A stretch of 32,000 nucleotides of DNA from the NCBI GenBank assembly GCA_942493095.1, contig OW818675.1:2220001-2252000 (forward strand), read 5' to 3'. Under the pieces are notes generated by a model. It was not told the origin of the DNA. It saw only the letters and a program-made list of their open reading frames with translations, and did no database searches. The translations under genes and the position numbers were made by a program. This DNA is from Candidatus Electronema halotolerans. GTDB taxonomy: Bacteria > Desulfobacterota > Desulfobulbia > Desulfobulbales > Desulfobulbaceae. Shown here piece by piece: positions 1 through 9,255 of the stretch; positions within the stretch are counted from its first letter, which is position 1, and the number at the start of each line of letters is the position of its first letter.

Positions 1-134
1 GCATTGAGGAAATCGCTTGGCGGATGGGCTACATTGACGCAGAGCAGGTGGAGCAGATTGCCCAGCAGATGCTCAAGAATCAGTACGGCCAGTACCTGAT
101 GGCCATACTCAGGGAGGAGGGTGCGAAGCAATGA
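1..134 (+). CDS. rfbA: Glucose-1-phosphate thymidylyltransferase, C-terminal fragment (5' end lies outside the window)
   Basis: Codons starting at nt 3 read IEEIAWRMGYIDAEQVEQIAQQMLKNQYGQYLMAILREEGAKQ*, with TGA at 132-134. The GYI-x-x-EQ...KN-x-YGQYL tail matches the conserved RmlA/RfbA C-terminus. There is an ATGA stop/start overlap with the next gene (rfbD). It is too short and truncated to appear in the ORF track. Confidence 0.7.
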   Translation, partial: IEEIAWRMGYIDAEQVEQIAQQMLKNQYGQYLMAILREEGAKQ

Positions 135-1012
135 AGCTGCTGATCACTGGCGCGGGCGGGCAATTGGGGCAGGACTGCGTCCAGCTCATGCTTGACCGGC
201 ACGAAATTTGCGCCCTGACCTCGCGCCAGCTTGACATCACCCAAGCTGAGGCGGTGCGGGAAGCGGTGGCCTGCATCCGCCCGCAGGTGCTGATCAACTG
301 CGCCGCCTACACAGCTGTGGATGCCTGCGAGACAGAAACCGAACGCTGCATGGTGGTCAATGCCCACGGCCCGGCCCATCTTGCCGCAGCCTGCGCTGAG
401 TTCGGCAGCCGCTTGATTCATATTTCCACCGACTATGTTTTTGACGGCAGCAAGCCAGTGCCGCAGGCCTACACAGAAGAGGATGCGGTCGGGCCGGTCT
501 CCGCCTATGGCCGGAGCAAGCTGGCAGGCGAGCAGGCCATTGCCGAGCGGCTGGATGATTATCTTATTCTGCGCACGGCTTGGCTCTACGGCATGGGCAG
601 CGGCAATTTCCTCAAGACCATGCTGCGCTTGGCAGTCGCAAAGCGTCCGCTCCGGGTGGTGGATGATCAGCACGGCTCGCTGACTTGGACCGCCTCCTTG
701 GCCCGGCAGATCGAGCAGGTTTTAGACGGCGGCTTGTGCGGCATTGCCCATGCCACGGCAGAGGGACACTGCACCTGGTTTGAGGGGGCAAAGCATTTTC
801 TTGAGGCCATGCAAGTGGAGTTTTCCTTGGAACCTTGCGTCACTGCCGACTATCCCACGCCAGCCCGGCGGCCTGCCAATTCCATTCTGGCCAACCACCG
901 CCTGCAAGCGCATGGCCTGAACGTGATGCGCGACTGGCGGGCGGATGTGGATGATTTTGTCCGTCTGCACCGGGAGGAGCTGCTGCGGAGGGAACATGCT
1001 GGATTCAAGTGA
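131..1012 (+). CDS. rfbD: dTDP-4-dehydrorhamnose reductase
   Basis: 293-aa ORF. It has the N-terminal Rossmann motif MKLLITGAGGQLG, STDYVFDG, the catalytic YGRSK and LRTAWLYG, all typical of RmlD. The start overlaps the rfbA stop. Confidence 0.9.
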   Translation: MKLLITGAGGQLGQDCVQLMLDRHEICALTSRQLDITQAEAVREAVACIRPQVLINCAAYTAVDACETETERCMVVNAHGPAHLAAACAEFGSRLIHISTDYVFDGSKPVPQAYTEEDAVGPVSAYGRSKLAGEQAIAERLDDYLILRTAWLYGMGSGNFLKTMLRLAVAKRPLRVVDDQHGSLTWTASLARQIEQVLDGGLCGIAHATAEGHCTWFEGAKHFLEAMQVEFSLEPCVTADYPTPARRPANSILANHRLQAHGLNVMRDWRADVDDFVRLHREELLRREHAGFK

Positions 1013-1263
1013 GCAGGGCATAGCCCATGATTTTCCATCAACCCCCTGTCAGTTTTTTCAAAGACCTCGGCCTGCTGTTGAGATTATCCACAGCACTCAG
1101 AACCTGCTGCACAGCAATGTCAAGCAGCTCCTGCCCTTCCTGTGAAAACGCGCTGCTTAACAATTGCCTTTCCCGGCAGCATCCTGTATTTTATTTTCAT
1201 CTGCCGGACATCATCTAAACTGCGCAGGGCAGTCTGTCCTTTTTTCAAACCTGCTGAAAAATC

Positions 1264-2304
1264 ATGCTGAACGTTGGCATTATCGGGGCTTCCGGCTACA
1301 CCGGAGTTGAACTGGCCCGCATTCTTTCCGATCATCCTGAAGTCCGGCTGACCGTGGCCACCTCGCGGCAGTTTGCCGGAAAACCGCTTTCCGAGGTCTT
1401 TCCCAACCTGCGCAAGCGGGTTGACCTGATCTGCGAAGACTTGACCCCAGAGCAGCTTGTTGACCGGGCTGATTTCTTTTTTGCCGCAGTGCCGCATAAG
1501 ACTGCGATGGCCTTGGTGCCGACCTTTTTGGCCGCAGGAAAAAAGGTGGTTGATCTGAGCGCGGATTTTCGCATCCGCGATGCAGCAGTGTATGAGCAAT
1601 GGTATCAGCCGCACAGCTGCCCGGAGCTGCTGGCCGAGGCAGTCTATGGTCTGCCGGAGCTGTATCGCGAGCAGGTGAAAAGCGCACGTCTGACAGCCAA
1701 TCCTGGCTGCTATCCGACCTCGATCATTCTCGGCTTGGCCCCCTTGCTGCGGGAAAAGCTGATCGACCCGGCCACTCTGATTGTTGACTCCAAGTCCGGC
1801 ACCTCTGGCGCGGGCCGTTCGCTCAATGTCGGCACCCTGTTCTGCGAGGTCACAGACGGCTTCCGGCCCTACAAAGTTGGCGGCGCGCACCGTCACATCC
1901 CGGAGATTGAGCAGGAGCTGTCCGCGCTGGCTGGCAGCGAGGTGATCATCTCCTTCACCCCGCACCTGCTGCCGATTTCACGCGGCATCCTCAGCACCAT
2001 CTACGCCAGCTTGAGCGGCAGCATCAGCGGGCAGGACATGCAGGACTTGTACGAAAGCGCCTATCAGGACGAGCTGTTTGTCCGCGTCTGTCCTGCCGGA
2101 ACCTTTCCGGCCACCCAGCATGTCCGGGGCAGCAACTGCTGCGACATTGGCGTGAAGATTGATCAGCGCACCGGGCGGGTGATTGTCATGTCAGCAATTG
2201 ACAACATTGCCAAAGGCGCGTCCGGCCAAGCAGTGCAGAACATGAACCTGATGAACGGCTTTGCCGAGGACTGCGCCATCCGGGGAGCCGCTTTCTTTCC
2301 GTGA
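1264..2304 (+). CDS. argC: N-acetyl-gamma-glutamyl-phosphate reductase
   Basis: 346-aa ORF. It has [18 protein letters not shown] at the N-terminus, the active-site ANPGCYPTS (catalytic Cys), and [17 protein letters not shown] at the C-terminus. Confidence 0.95.
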   Translation: MLNVGIIGASGYTGVELARILSDHPEVRLTVATSRQFAGKPLSEVFPNLRKRVDLICEDLTPEQLVDRADFFFAAVPHKTAMALVPTFLAAGKKVVDLSADFRIRDAAVYEQWYQPHSCPELLAEAVYGLPELYREQVKSARLTANPGCYPTSIILGLAPLLREKLIDPATLIVDSKSGTSGAGRSLNVGTLFCEVTDGFRPYKVGGAHRHIPEIEQELSALAGSEVIISFTPHLLPISRGILSTIYASLSGSISGQDMQDLYESAYQDELFVRVCPAGTFPATQHVRGSNCCDIGVKIDQRTGRVIVMSAIDNIAKGASGQAVQNMNLMNGFAEDCAIRGAAFFP

Positions 2305-3077
2305 AGCAGCGCAACATCCTTCTGCGCATCGCCTACGACGGCACCGGCTTCTGCGGCTGGCAGCGGCAGGAGAATGGACCGACCATTCAGGGGATTGTAG
2401 AGGAAAAGCTGGCGGTCATCATCAAGGAGCCGGTTGATGTCATCGGCGCGGGCCGCACTGATGCCGGGGTTCATGCCGAGGCTATGACTGCCAATTTCCG
2501 CACCAGCGCAGCCATGCCAGCACCGGCTTTTCAAAAGGCATTGAACGCCTTGCTGCCCAAGGCGGTGCGCATTTTGGAGAGCTGCGAAGTGCCGCCGGAT
2601 TTTCATGCCCGCTTCTCCGCTGTCGGCAAAACCTACCGCTACGACTTTTTCACCGGCGCAGTGCAGAATCCTGCTGAACGCCTTTACCGAACCCACACGC
2701 CCTGCCGTTTCTCCCCAGAACAGGTGCGGCCCTGCTTGGAACTGCTCCTTGGCAGCCATGATTTTTCCAGCTTTGAGGCGGTCGGCAGCCGTGACCGCAG
2801 CCGCACCACAGGCCGGGGCGCAGTGCGGACCCTCTTTCTCGCCGAATGCGTGGCCGATGCCGCCCGGCCTGAGCACTTCTCCTTCCGCTTCAGCGGGGAC
2901 GGCTTTCTCCGCCAGATGGTGCGCAATCTGGCCGGAACCTTGCTCTGGGCCGGGGCGGGCCGCCTGAGCAGCGCAGATTTTGCCGCGATTTTCTCGGCAA
3001 AAGACCGCAGGCAGGCTGCTCCGACCGCTCCGGCCTGCGGTCTGTTCTTAGAGAACGTGCAGTATCCGGCAAGATAA
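2301..3077 (+). CDS. truA: tRNA pseudouridine(38-40) synthase TruA
   Basis: 258-aa ORF with [25 protein letters not shown] (catalytic Asp) and [11 protein letters not shown]. The GTG start overlaps the argC stop (GTGA). Confidence 0.92.
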   Translation: MKQRNILLRIAYDGTGFCGWQRQENGPTIQGIVEEKLAVIIKEPVDVIGAGRTDAGVHAEAMTANFRTSAAMPAPAFQKALNALLPKAVRILESCEVPPDFHARFSAVGKTYRYDFFTGAVQNPAERLYRTHTPCRFSPEQVRPCLELLLGSHDFSSFEAVGSRDRSRTTGRGAVRTLFLAECVADAARPEHFSFRFSGDGFLRQMVRNLAGTLLWAGAGRLSSADFAAIFSAKDRRQAAPTAPACGLFLENVQYPAR

Positions 3078-3247
3078 AAAACTCGACCGCCTGTCAGTCT
3101 GAGCGGCAATGACCGCCACGCTGTGACTGCGGAAAGCAGCTATGCAGCTTCTTGATTTGCCGTCTGAAAAAACAGCGTCATGCAGAACTGGCCGCTGCTG
3201 GGCTTGTCTGGAAACCTGCCGCATTTCTGGGCAGCTAAGAAAAAAAA

Positions 3248-3275
3248 TTGATTTCGGGTGCAGATATGCTATCCT
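3248..3275 (+). promoter_or_regulatory. Candidate sigma70-type promoter upstream of the chemosensory cluster
   Basis: TTGATT (3248-3253), a 16-nt spacer, then TATCCT (3270-3275), preceded by an A-tract (aagaaaaaaaa). It lies ~110 nt upstream of the 3387 start. This is a pattern match only, with 4/6 matches in each hexamer. Confidence 0.2.
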
Positions 3276-3386
3276 TAATAACGGGGCTGGACAGGAATTG
3301 CTCCAGCGGAGCAGTCCGGTTCGGACCGGAGAGAACATCATCATTTTCCAAGCACTTTTCATGACGGTCGGACAAGCTGTCCTTTC

Positions 3387-5165
3387 ATGTCTTCTGATAT
3401 ATCAAAAATTCTGATTGTTGACGACGACCTGCTCTTTGTCAACGATCTCTATGAACTGCTGAAAATCTACGATCAGTTCGACGTGCAGACCGCCACCAGC
3501 CGGGGCGAGGAGCTTTTCCTGCTCAAGCAGGAAAAAATCGCGGTGCTGGTGGTCAACCTGCAAACCTCCAGCTTAGACGGTCTGGAGGTGCTCTCGCTTG
3601 TCTCCACGTCGTACAGGCATATTCAGTGCATCGTCATGATCAATGACGGGCATCCTGCCCAGCTAAGAGCCTTGGAGAATTGCCCCTGCAAAGACTCCGT
3701 GTTCCGCTGCCTTGTCAAGCCTGACAATCTGGAGGTCATTGGTTGCGCTATTTTGGAAAGCCTGCAACGGCTGGATGAGAACGACTATCAGCCAGGCATC
3801 ACGGCCAACAAAATTGTCTCTTTTTTTGAAATTCTGCAACGAACCGCCAGAATTTCCGTCCGTTTCGGCACCAAAAAGCACGCCCTGCTCGACTTTCACA
3901 ACGGCCAGTTGATCAACTCGATCTGCGAGAAAAAACAAGGTATTGAGGCGGCCTTGGAGGTTTTTGACTGGCCGCCGCTCGGCTTTATTATTGAAAACGG
4001 GGAACCAGGCCTGGAGCGGACCATCCATCAGAAGGACCTTGAGACAATTCGGATCACCTCAAGATTGAAAAGGGAGGCTGCTCAACAAAAAAGCGGCGCA
4101 GGAGAAGAGGGGATGAGCAAGTCGGAGCAGAAGATCAGCCTGTTCATTGTTGACGACTCCAAAATGATGCGGAAAGTGATCGCCAGCATTTTCAAGGATG
4201 ATCCCTTTGTGCAGGTGGTCGGCGAGGCGGAGAACGGCGAGGAGGCGTTGCAGCTCATTCCCCAGCTTAAACCGGACGTGGTCACGCTGGATGTGGAAAT
4301 GCCAGTCATGGACGGTCTGACCACTATCAAGCATTTGATGATTCAGTCGCCCACCCCGACCGTGATGCTCAGTTCCATGACCCAGGACGGCGCGGCAGTC
4401 ACCTTTGACGCGCTTAAATATGGGGCCGTGGATTTTGTCGCCAAGCCCTCCCGCAATGCTTCGGTTGATCTGGCCGAACAGACAAGGGAAATTGCCCGCA
4501 AGGTGCATTTAGCCTCAGAAGTGGAGCTGGATGCGGTGCGCTATGTCCGGGCGGTGAACAAGGACAAGCAGGCTCGTTTTCCGTCCGGCACCCGCTGCGA
4601 AAAAATTGTCGCCATTGGCGCAGCAGAGGGCGGCTATGGCGCCATGCTCAAAATCCTGCCGCATCTTTCCCCTGAAATTCCTGCGGCCTATTTGGTCATG
4701 TTCTACGCCTCGTCCAAGCATCTGGATTCCTTTGTTGAATACATGGATCGCTTCTCGCCGCTGCGGATCCGGCGGGCGGCCAATAACATCCGCTTGGAGG
4801 CCGGGGTCTGTTATTTTGCCTCTGGCGAGGAATATCTGACCGTGCATGAACGGGAGGACGGCCTGATTCTGCATCTCTCCGCCGCTCCGTTCGCCACTCA
4901 GCGCGGCTCCATCAACATGCTCTTTTTTTCTGTGGCTGAGGTGATACGGGATGATGCGGTGGCGGTCATTCTTTCCGGCGTGGGCGAAGACGGCACCGAA
5001 GGCATGGCCGAAATTTTGCGGGTGGGCGGCGCAGGCATTGTCCAAGATCCCTCCGGCTGCCTGTACCGTGACATGCCGTGGTCGGTGTCAGCACATTGCC
5101 GGGAGGCCGCTGTGCTGCCGGACGGAGAAATATCGGACACCATCAACGGCATTCTGGCGGCATGA
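3387..5165 (+). CDS. Four-domain chemosensory protein: pseudo-receiver (Asp->Asn), PATAN/DUF4388-like module, receiver, and CheB-type methylesterase-like domain lacking the catalytic Ser and His
   Basis: 592-aa ORF.
- REC1 (aa ~6-125) has ILIVDDD and LVKP, but the phospho-acceptor position reads VLVVNLQ (Asn57, AAC at 3555-3557).
- aa ~135-205 (FFEILQ...LLDFHNGQLINS...QGIEAALEVFDWPPLGF) resemble PATAN/DUF4388.
- REC2 (aa ~248-355) is canonical: FIVDDS, DVVTLDVEMPVMDG, MLSS, DFVAKP.
- The C-terminal domain aligns with CheB, but IGASTGG becomes IGAAEGG and TQHMP becomes MFYAS. SGVGEDG keeps the Asp. Confidence 0.85.
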   Translation: MSSDISKILIVDDDLLFVNDLYELLKIYDQFDVQTATSRGEELFLLKQEKIAVLVVNLQTSSLDGLEVLSLVSTSYRHIQCIVMINDGHPAQLRALENCPCKDSVFRCLVKPDNLEVIGCAILESLQRLDENDYQPGITANKIVSFFEILQRTARISVRFGTKKHALLDFHNGQLINSICEKKQGIEAALEVFDWPPLGFIIENGEPGLERTIHQKDLETIRITSRLKREAAQQKSGAGEEGMSKSEQKISLFIVDDSKMMRKVIASIFKDDPFVQVVGEAENGEEALQLIPQLKPDVVTLDVEMPVMDGLTTIKHLMIQSPTPTVMLSSMTQDGAAVTFDALKYGAVDFVAKPSRNASVDLAEQTREIARKVHLASEVELDAVRYVRAVNKDKQARFPSGTRCEKIVAIGAAEGGYGAMLKILPHLSPEIPAAYLVMFYASSKHLDSFVEYMDRFSPLRIRRAANNIRLEAGVCYFASGEEYLTVHEREDGLILHLSAAPFATQRGSINMLFFSVAEVIRDDAVAVILSGVGEDGTEGMAEILRVGGAGIVQDPSGCLYRDMPWSVSAHCREAAVLPDGEISDTINGILAA

Positions 5166-5419
5166 TGCCTTGGTGATTGCCACACCCCTGCGCACAAATT
5201 CATGGCGGAAAAACGCATTCCCCGCAACAGCAGACTTGCGGAAAATCGAATATCTCAATATAAATAGAAGCAACGTAATTTTTTTTTAACAGGAGGCTGG
5301 AGAAACAACATGGACGTGCGGCTGAGAGGAGCTTCCTGCGGCGGACGCAGGCAGCAGACAAAGGGCGGGCCGGTCTGTCGGTCTGCGGTTTTGAAACAGA
5401 GATTGAAGGAGAGGCAAGC

Positions 5420-8400
5420 ATGAAAAGAACGCAGCGATTCACCACCACGGGCTGGGGACTCCGGGGAAAGCTGGTCGCCCTGCTCCTTGTCATTGGACTG
5501 CTCCCCTTCGCCATCAGCGCGTTGGTTTCCTACTATCAGTCCTCCAACGCGCTTGTCCAAGCCGCGCAGGAGAGGCTGGAGGCCCTCCGGCAGCTCAAAA
5601 AAAATCAGATTAACAGCTACCTGACCGAGCGTGCGAACGACATCAGCACCTTGGCGGAAATTGTCCATTCGCTCCGTGCTGACGCTATTGCCAAGAACAA
5701 CGCGCTCATGGCGACCAAGAGAGCCGCGCTTGAACGGTACTTTGGCAAGCGTTTTGCTGAGATTCAAGGCATCGCCGACAGTCCGACCACAGTCAGCGCC
5801 ATGCAGGAGTTCAACAGCACCTTCCATGAGGAGGGCGACCGGGTTGGCGGCAGCATGTGGAACGGCTACAAGGAGAAGTACGCGCCGTGGTACAATGTCT
5901 ATTTGGACAAGCATGGCTACCATGACGTGTATCTGATTGATTCGGACGGCAACATCGTCTTCACTGCCGCCGGACTGGCTGACTTGGGCCAGAACGTGCT
6001 CAGAGGCTCGCTCAAGGAGTCCGGTCTGGGCCGTCTCTTTGCCAAGGCCACGAAAGAGCCGATCTTGGAGGACTATACCTCGTATGCTCCGGCAGGCAAC
6101 AAGCAGGTCATGTTCGTTGGCGCGCCGGTCATGGCCGATGGCGCGGTCATCGGCGTGGCCGCCCTCCAGCTCTCCACGGCTGAGATCAACGGCATCGTGC
6201 AGGAGCGCGAGGGCATGCGTTCCTCGTTTGAGACCTTCCTCGTTGGTGACAAAGCCAATCCGACCCTGCGCAGTGACCGCGTGGTCAATGCAGGTAAAAT
6301 CGGCGATCCCAAAAACGATCCCAAAAACGACAAGGAGTCGTACGAAGTTCTGTCCGGCAAGAGCGGTGTTGAATACAAGGTCGGCCCGCAAGGCGAGTTC
6401 CAGATCGCGGTTTATGAACCGGTCAATCTGCCGGGCCTGAACTGGGGCCTGGTCACCACAGGCACCTTTGCTGAGGCGGTTGTGCCGCAGGCGGCAGGCG
6501 AGGCTGACGACCTGCTGACCAAGGTCATGAAGGCCTATAACTACTATGACATCTTCCTGATCGACCCGACTGGCTTCATTTTCTACTCTGGTAAAAAAGA
6601 GGCTGACTTTGAGACCAATATCATGACCGGCAAGTACAGCAGCAGCAACTTGGGCCGGATAATCAACAAAGTTGCCAGCACCAGAAAGCTCCAATTTGCC
6701 GACTTTGAGCGCTATGCCCCGTCAGACAACGCCCCTGCCTCCTTCATGGCCGGGCCGGTTCTTGACAAGGGCGAGCTGGTGGCCATCTTTGCCGTGCAGC
6801 TGCCGACCTCGGACATCAACGAGATCATGACTGAGGCCACTGGTCTGGGTGAGACGGGTGAGACTTATTTGGTCGGCCCGGACAAGGTACTCCGGTCTGA
6901 CTCCCGTCTGGTCACTGATGCCAAAATTCTGACCAAAGAGATTGACACGAAGGCAACCCAGGCTGCGTTGAATGAGCGCAAGAGCGGTGTTGACATGATC
7001 ACCGACTACCGGGGCAAGGAGGTTCTTTCCGCTTATGCGCCGCTGGATTTGAAAGATGTTGTTGGCGCGGATTTTGAGTGGGCCATCCTCGCTGAGGTTG
7101 ACACTGCCGAGGCTCTTGCCGCTGCCAACCGGATTCGTAACTACTCCATCATCGGTGCTCTTGTCATTGGTCTTGTCGTGGCCATGCTGGCGTGGTTCAT
7201 CGGTGGCGCATTTGCCGCGCCCATCGTCTCCATCGCCGAAGTTGTCCGGCAGGTTGCTGCGGAGCGGGATTTGACCCTTGAGGTGCCTGTCGCTTCGGGT
7301 GACGAGGTCGGGCAGATGGCTGCTGAGTTCAACGCCATGCTCGCCGAGTTGAACAAATCCTTCCGCGAGGTTGAGCAGGTGTCGCAGAGGGTTGCCCGCA
7401 ACGCTCAGGACGTGGCAGGCCGCGCTTCTGCCAACCGTGACCGTGCTGAGATCGAGGTGAAGCAGTCTGAGAAAACTCGTGAGCTGATTCAAACAATGGG
7501 TTCCACGGCGGCGCAGGTTGCTGACGGTGCCCGCGCCCAGCAGCAATCAGCCCAGAAATCCCAGCGCACCATTGCCGAGCTGCTCAGTTCGATGAACACA
7601 GTTAGCGCGGCGGTTATCAAGCAGTCTGAAGAGGCCGAGACTGCCACCGACCGTGTGGCCGCAATGGGTCAGACAGGTGCGATGGTTGTGGCGACCTCTG
7701 GTGAGCAGGGCAAGATGGTTATGCAGGTGACTGCCTCCATGAACGAGATCACCTCTGCTGTACGGAACATGGGCAAGGCGGTTGACGATGCCACCCAGCA
7801 GGGTCAGGAATCGCTCAAGGCCGCCAACCAGGGTCGTGTTGCGGTTGAAAACACAGTTGCTGGTATGCGCGCCATTGCTGACTCCTCCGGTCAGATTTCT
7901 GAAATCATCGGCGTTATCACCGAGATCGCGGAGCAGACCAACTTGCTGGCTCTGAACGCCGCGATTGAGGCCGCCCGTGCCGGCGCGCATGGTAAAGGTT
8001 TCGCGGTTGTTGCGGACGAGGTTGGTAAGCTGGCCCAGCGTTCCTCTGAAGCTGCCAAGGAGATCACCCAGCTGATCAAGGACTCCACGGCCAAGGTTGA
8101 GGAGGGTACTCGCTATTCCGAGGAACTTCAAGGCGCGCTGGCATTGATTGACTCCAGCGGTCGTAACAACATGAAGTCAATTGAGGAAATCGCCTCGGTT
8201 GCCCAGGTTGTGGAGCGGGATATTCAGAGTGTTCAGGGCTTGGTTCAGGAGCTGAACAAACTGGCCGAGCAGATCTCGAAAATGGCTGGTGAGCAGGGTG
8301 ACCGTCGTAAAGCTGCTGAGGGTGCTCTCTCGTCCATGGTGCAGCAGTCTCAGATCATCAGTGCGCTGGTTGCTGAAGCCACCGCAGGCTCGTCCGCGAT

Positions 8401-8620
8401 TGACGGCGAGATGCGCGAGATTGTGACCCGCACTGAAAAGCTGACCGAAATGGTCGCGGCCCAGCGGGAGCGTTCCGCCAACGCGACCAAGATTGCCCAG
8501 CAGTCGTTCGAGGGTGCGCAGAAAACGGTGGAAGGAGCTGGTGTGGTTGTGTCGATTACCGACGATCTGACAAGTGCTTCCGCAAGGCTGCGGGAGCAGG
8601 TTGAGCAGTTCAAGCTGTAA
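5420..8620 (+). CDS. Methyl-accepting chemotaxis protein with a ~540-aa duplicated Cache-like periplasmic region, a HAMP domain and an unusually long signalling domain
   Basis: 1066-aa ORF with a GAAGGAGAGG Shine-Dalgarno 5-6 nt upstream. TM1 is [19 protein letters not shown] and TM2 is [31 protein letters not shown] domain follows ([13 protein letters not shown]). The hairpin core [41 protein letters not shown] is highly conserved. There is no C-terminal NWETF-type pentapeptide; the protein ends EQVEQFKL. Confidence 0.93.
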   Translation: MKRTQRFTTTGWGLRGKLVALLLVIGLLPFAISALVSYYQSSNALVQAAQERLEALRQLKKNQINSYLTERANDISTLAEIVHSLRADAIAKNNALMATKRAALERYFGKRFAEIQGIADSPTTVSAMQEFNSTFHEEGDRVGGSMWNGYKEKYAPWYNVYLDKHGYHDVYLIDSDGNIVFTAAGLADLGQNVLRGSLKESGLGRLFAKATKEPILEDYTSYAPAGNKQVMFVGAPVMADGAVIGVAALQLSTAEINGIVQEREGMRSSFETFLVGDKANPTLRSDRVVNAGKIGDPKNDPKNDKESYEVLSGKSGVEYKVGPQGEFQIAVYEPVNLPGLNWGLVTTGTFAEAVVPQAAGEADDLLTKVMKAYNYYDIFLIDPTGFIFYSGKKEADFETNIMTGKYSSSNLGRIINKVASTRKLQFADFERYAPSDNAPASFMAGPVLDKGELVAIFAVQLPTSDINEIMTEATGLGETGETYLVGPDKVLRSDSRLVTDAKILTKEIDTKATQAALNERKSGVDMITDYRGKEVLSAYAPLDLKDVVGADFEWAILAEVDTAEALAAANRIRNYSIIGALVIGLVVAMLAWFIGGAFAAPIVSIAEVVRQVAAERDLTLEVPVASGDEVGQMAAEFNAMLAELNKSFREVEQVSQRVARNAQDVAGRASANRDRAEIEVKQSEKTRELIQTMGSTAAQVADGARAQQQSAQKSQRTIAELLSSMNTVSAAVIKQSEEAETATDRVAAMGQTGAMVVATSGEQGKMVMQVTASMNEITSAVRNMGKAVDDATQQGQESLKAANQGRVAVENTVAGMRAIADSSGQISEIIGVITEIAEQTNLLALNAAIEAARAGAHGKGFAVVADEVGKLAQRSSEAAKEITQLIKDSTAKVEEGTRYSEELQGALALIDSSGRNNMKSIEEIASVAQVVERDIQSVQGLVQELNKLAEQISKMAGEQGDRRKAAEGALSSMVQQSQIISALVAEATAGSSAIDGEMREIVTRTEKLTEMVAAQRERSANATKIAQQSFEGAQKTVEGAGVVVSITDDLTSASARLREQVEQFKL
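6305..6330 (+). repeat. Perfect in-frame 12-bp tandem duplication (GATCCCAAAAAC x2, plus GA) inside the MCP sensor region
   Basis: Read directly from the sequence: 6305-6316 equals 6317-6328. It encodes DPKNDPKND. Confidence 0.9.
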
Positions 8621-8636
8621 TCCGCCTGTCCGCCGC

Positions 8637-8680
8637 GCTCCGCGTCTGTCTGTTCCGGCAGGCGCGGAGCAGCATGTTTT
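8637..8680 (+). terminator. Weak hairpin / possible attenuating terminator after the MCP gene
   Basis: GCTCCGCG (8637-8644) pairs with CGCGGAGC (8663-8670) across an 18-nt loop. A TTTT tract at 8677-8680 lies 6 nt beyond the stem. The geometry is poor for an efficient intrinsic terminator. Confidence 0.25.
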
Positions 8681-8736
8681 CACTTGGTAAAAAACGTTAA
8701 ATTCTGCGGAATGCCGCGCAACAAGGAGACCAATTC

Positions 8737-9249
8737 ATGGCTGAAGGATTTGCAGCCGACAGGACAGCTGACCGGGAAGAAAAAGAACAGCTCATGCAGC
8801 TGGTCGGCTTCACCATCGGCAAGGAACAGTTTGGCGTTGACATACTCATGGTGCAGGAGATCATCCGCTCCGCTCCGATCACCTCAGTGCCCAATTCTCC
8901 AGACTTTATTGAAGGAGTCATCAACCTTCGCGGCAACATCATTCCGGTCATTGAGCTGCGCAAGCGGCTGGGGCTTTTTCGGAAGGAGAGCGCGACTAAG
9001 GATTCTTGGATTCTGATTCTCGACATTGATGGCCGGGTCACGGGCTTTATTGTCGATTCCGTGACCAAGGTTCTGAAAATTATGGAAAGCACAATTGAGC
9101 CGCCGCCCGAGGTGGTCATGGCCGGTCTGGCCAACCGCTACATCAAAGGCGTTTGCGATATTGGCAACGCCCTCCTCATCCTCCTTGATTTCAACCGGAT
9201 TCTGATGGCGGATGAATTACGGAAGCTCAGTTCAATCAGCGGAGAATAG
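8737..9249 (+). CDS. cheW: Chemotaxis coupling protein CheW
   Basis: 170-aa ORF with an AAGGAGA Shine-Dalgarno 7 nt upstream. FTIGKEQFGVDILMVQEIIR...VPNSPDFIEGVINLRGNIIPVIELRKRLG is the canonical CheW signature. Confidence 0.93.
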   Translation: MAEGFAADRTADREEKEQLMQLVGFTIGKEQFGVDILMVQEIIRSAPITSVPNSPDFIEGVINLRGNIIPVIELRKRLGLFRKESATKDSWILILDIDGRVTGFIVDSVTKVLKIMESTIEPPPEVVMAGLANRYIKGVCDIGNALLILLDFNRILMADELRKLSSISGE

Positions 9250-9255
9250 ATCAAG

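Noticed and set aside
1013-1263. Small Cys-rich ORFs (945..1145 and 1027..1218) and a T-run after GGGCAGTCTGTCC in the rfbD-argC spacer.
   Set aside because: The ORFs have no ribosome-binding site and no recognisable motif. The putative stem before the T-run has too few complementary bases to call a terminator.
5277-5290. A run of nine T residues upstream of the MCP gene, considered as a terminator tail for the preceding gene.
   Set aside because: No GC-rich hairpin precedes it. The flanking sequence is AT-rich and more consistent with promoter or UP-element DNA, but no convincing -35/-10 pair could be assigned.
5255-6694. A 479-aa minus-strand ORF antisense to the MCP gene. Similar long antisense ORFs occur at 1120..1965, 2163..2876, 6722..7546, 7547..8131, 9519..10058, 14323..14898, 14953..15537, 19955..20512 and 25447..26196.
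   Set aside because: Each overlaps a plus-strand gene with unmistakable family motifs. The antisense translations are Arg/Gly/Ala/His-rich, with no recognisable motif and no ribosome-binding site. This is typical of open antisense frames in GC-rich coding DNA.
8698-8720. A possible FliA (sigma28) promoter upstream of cheW: TAAA...GCCGCGCA.
   Set aside because: The spacer is 11 nt rather than ~15, and the -10 part matches GCCGATAA poorly.
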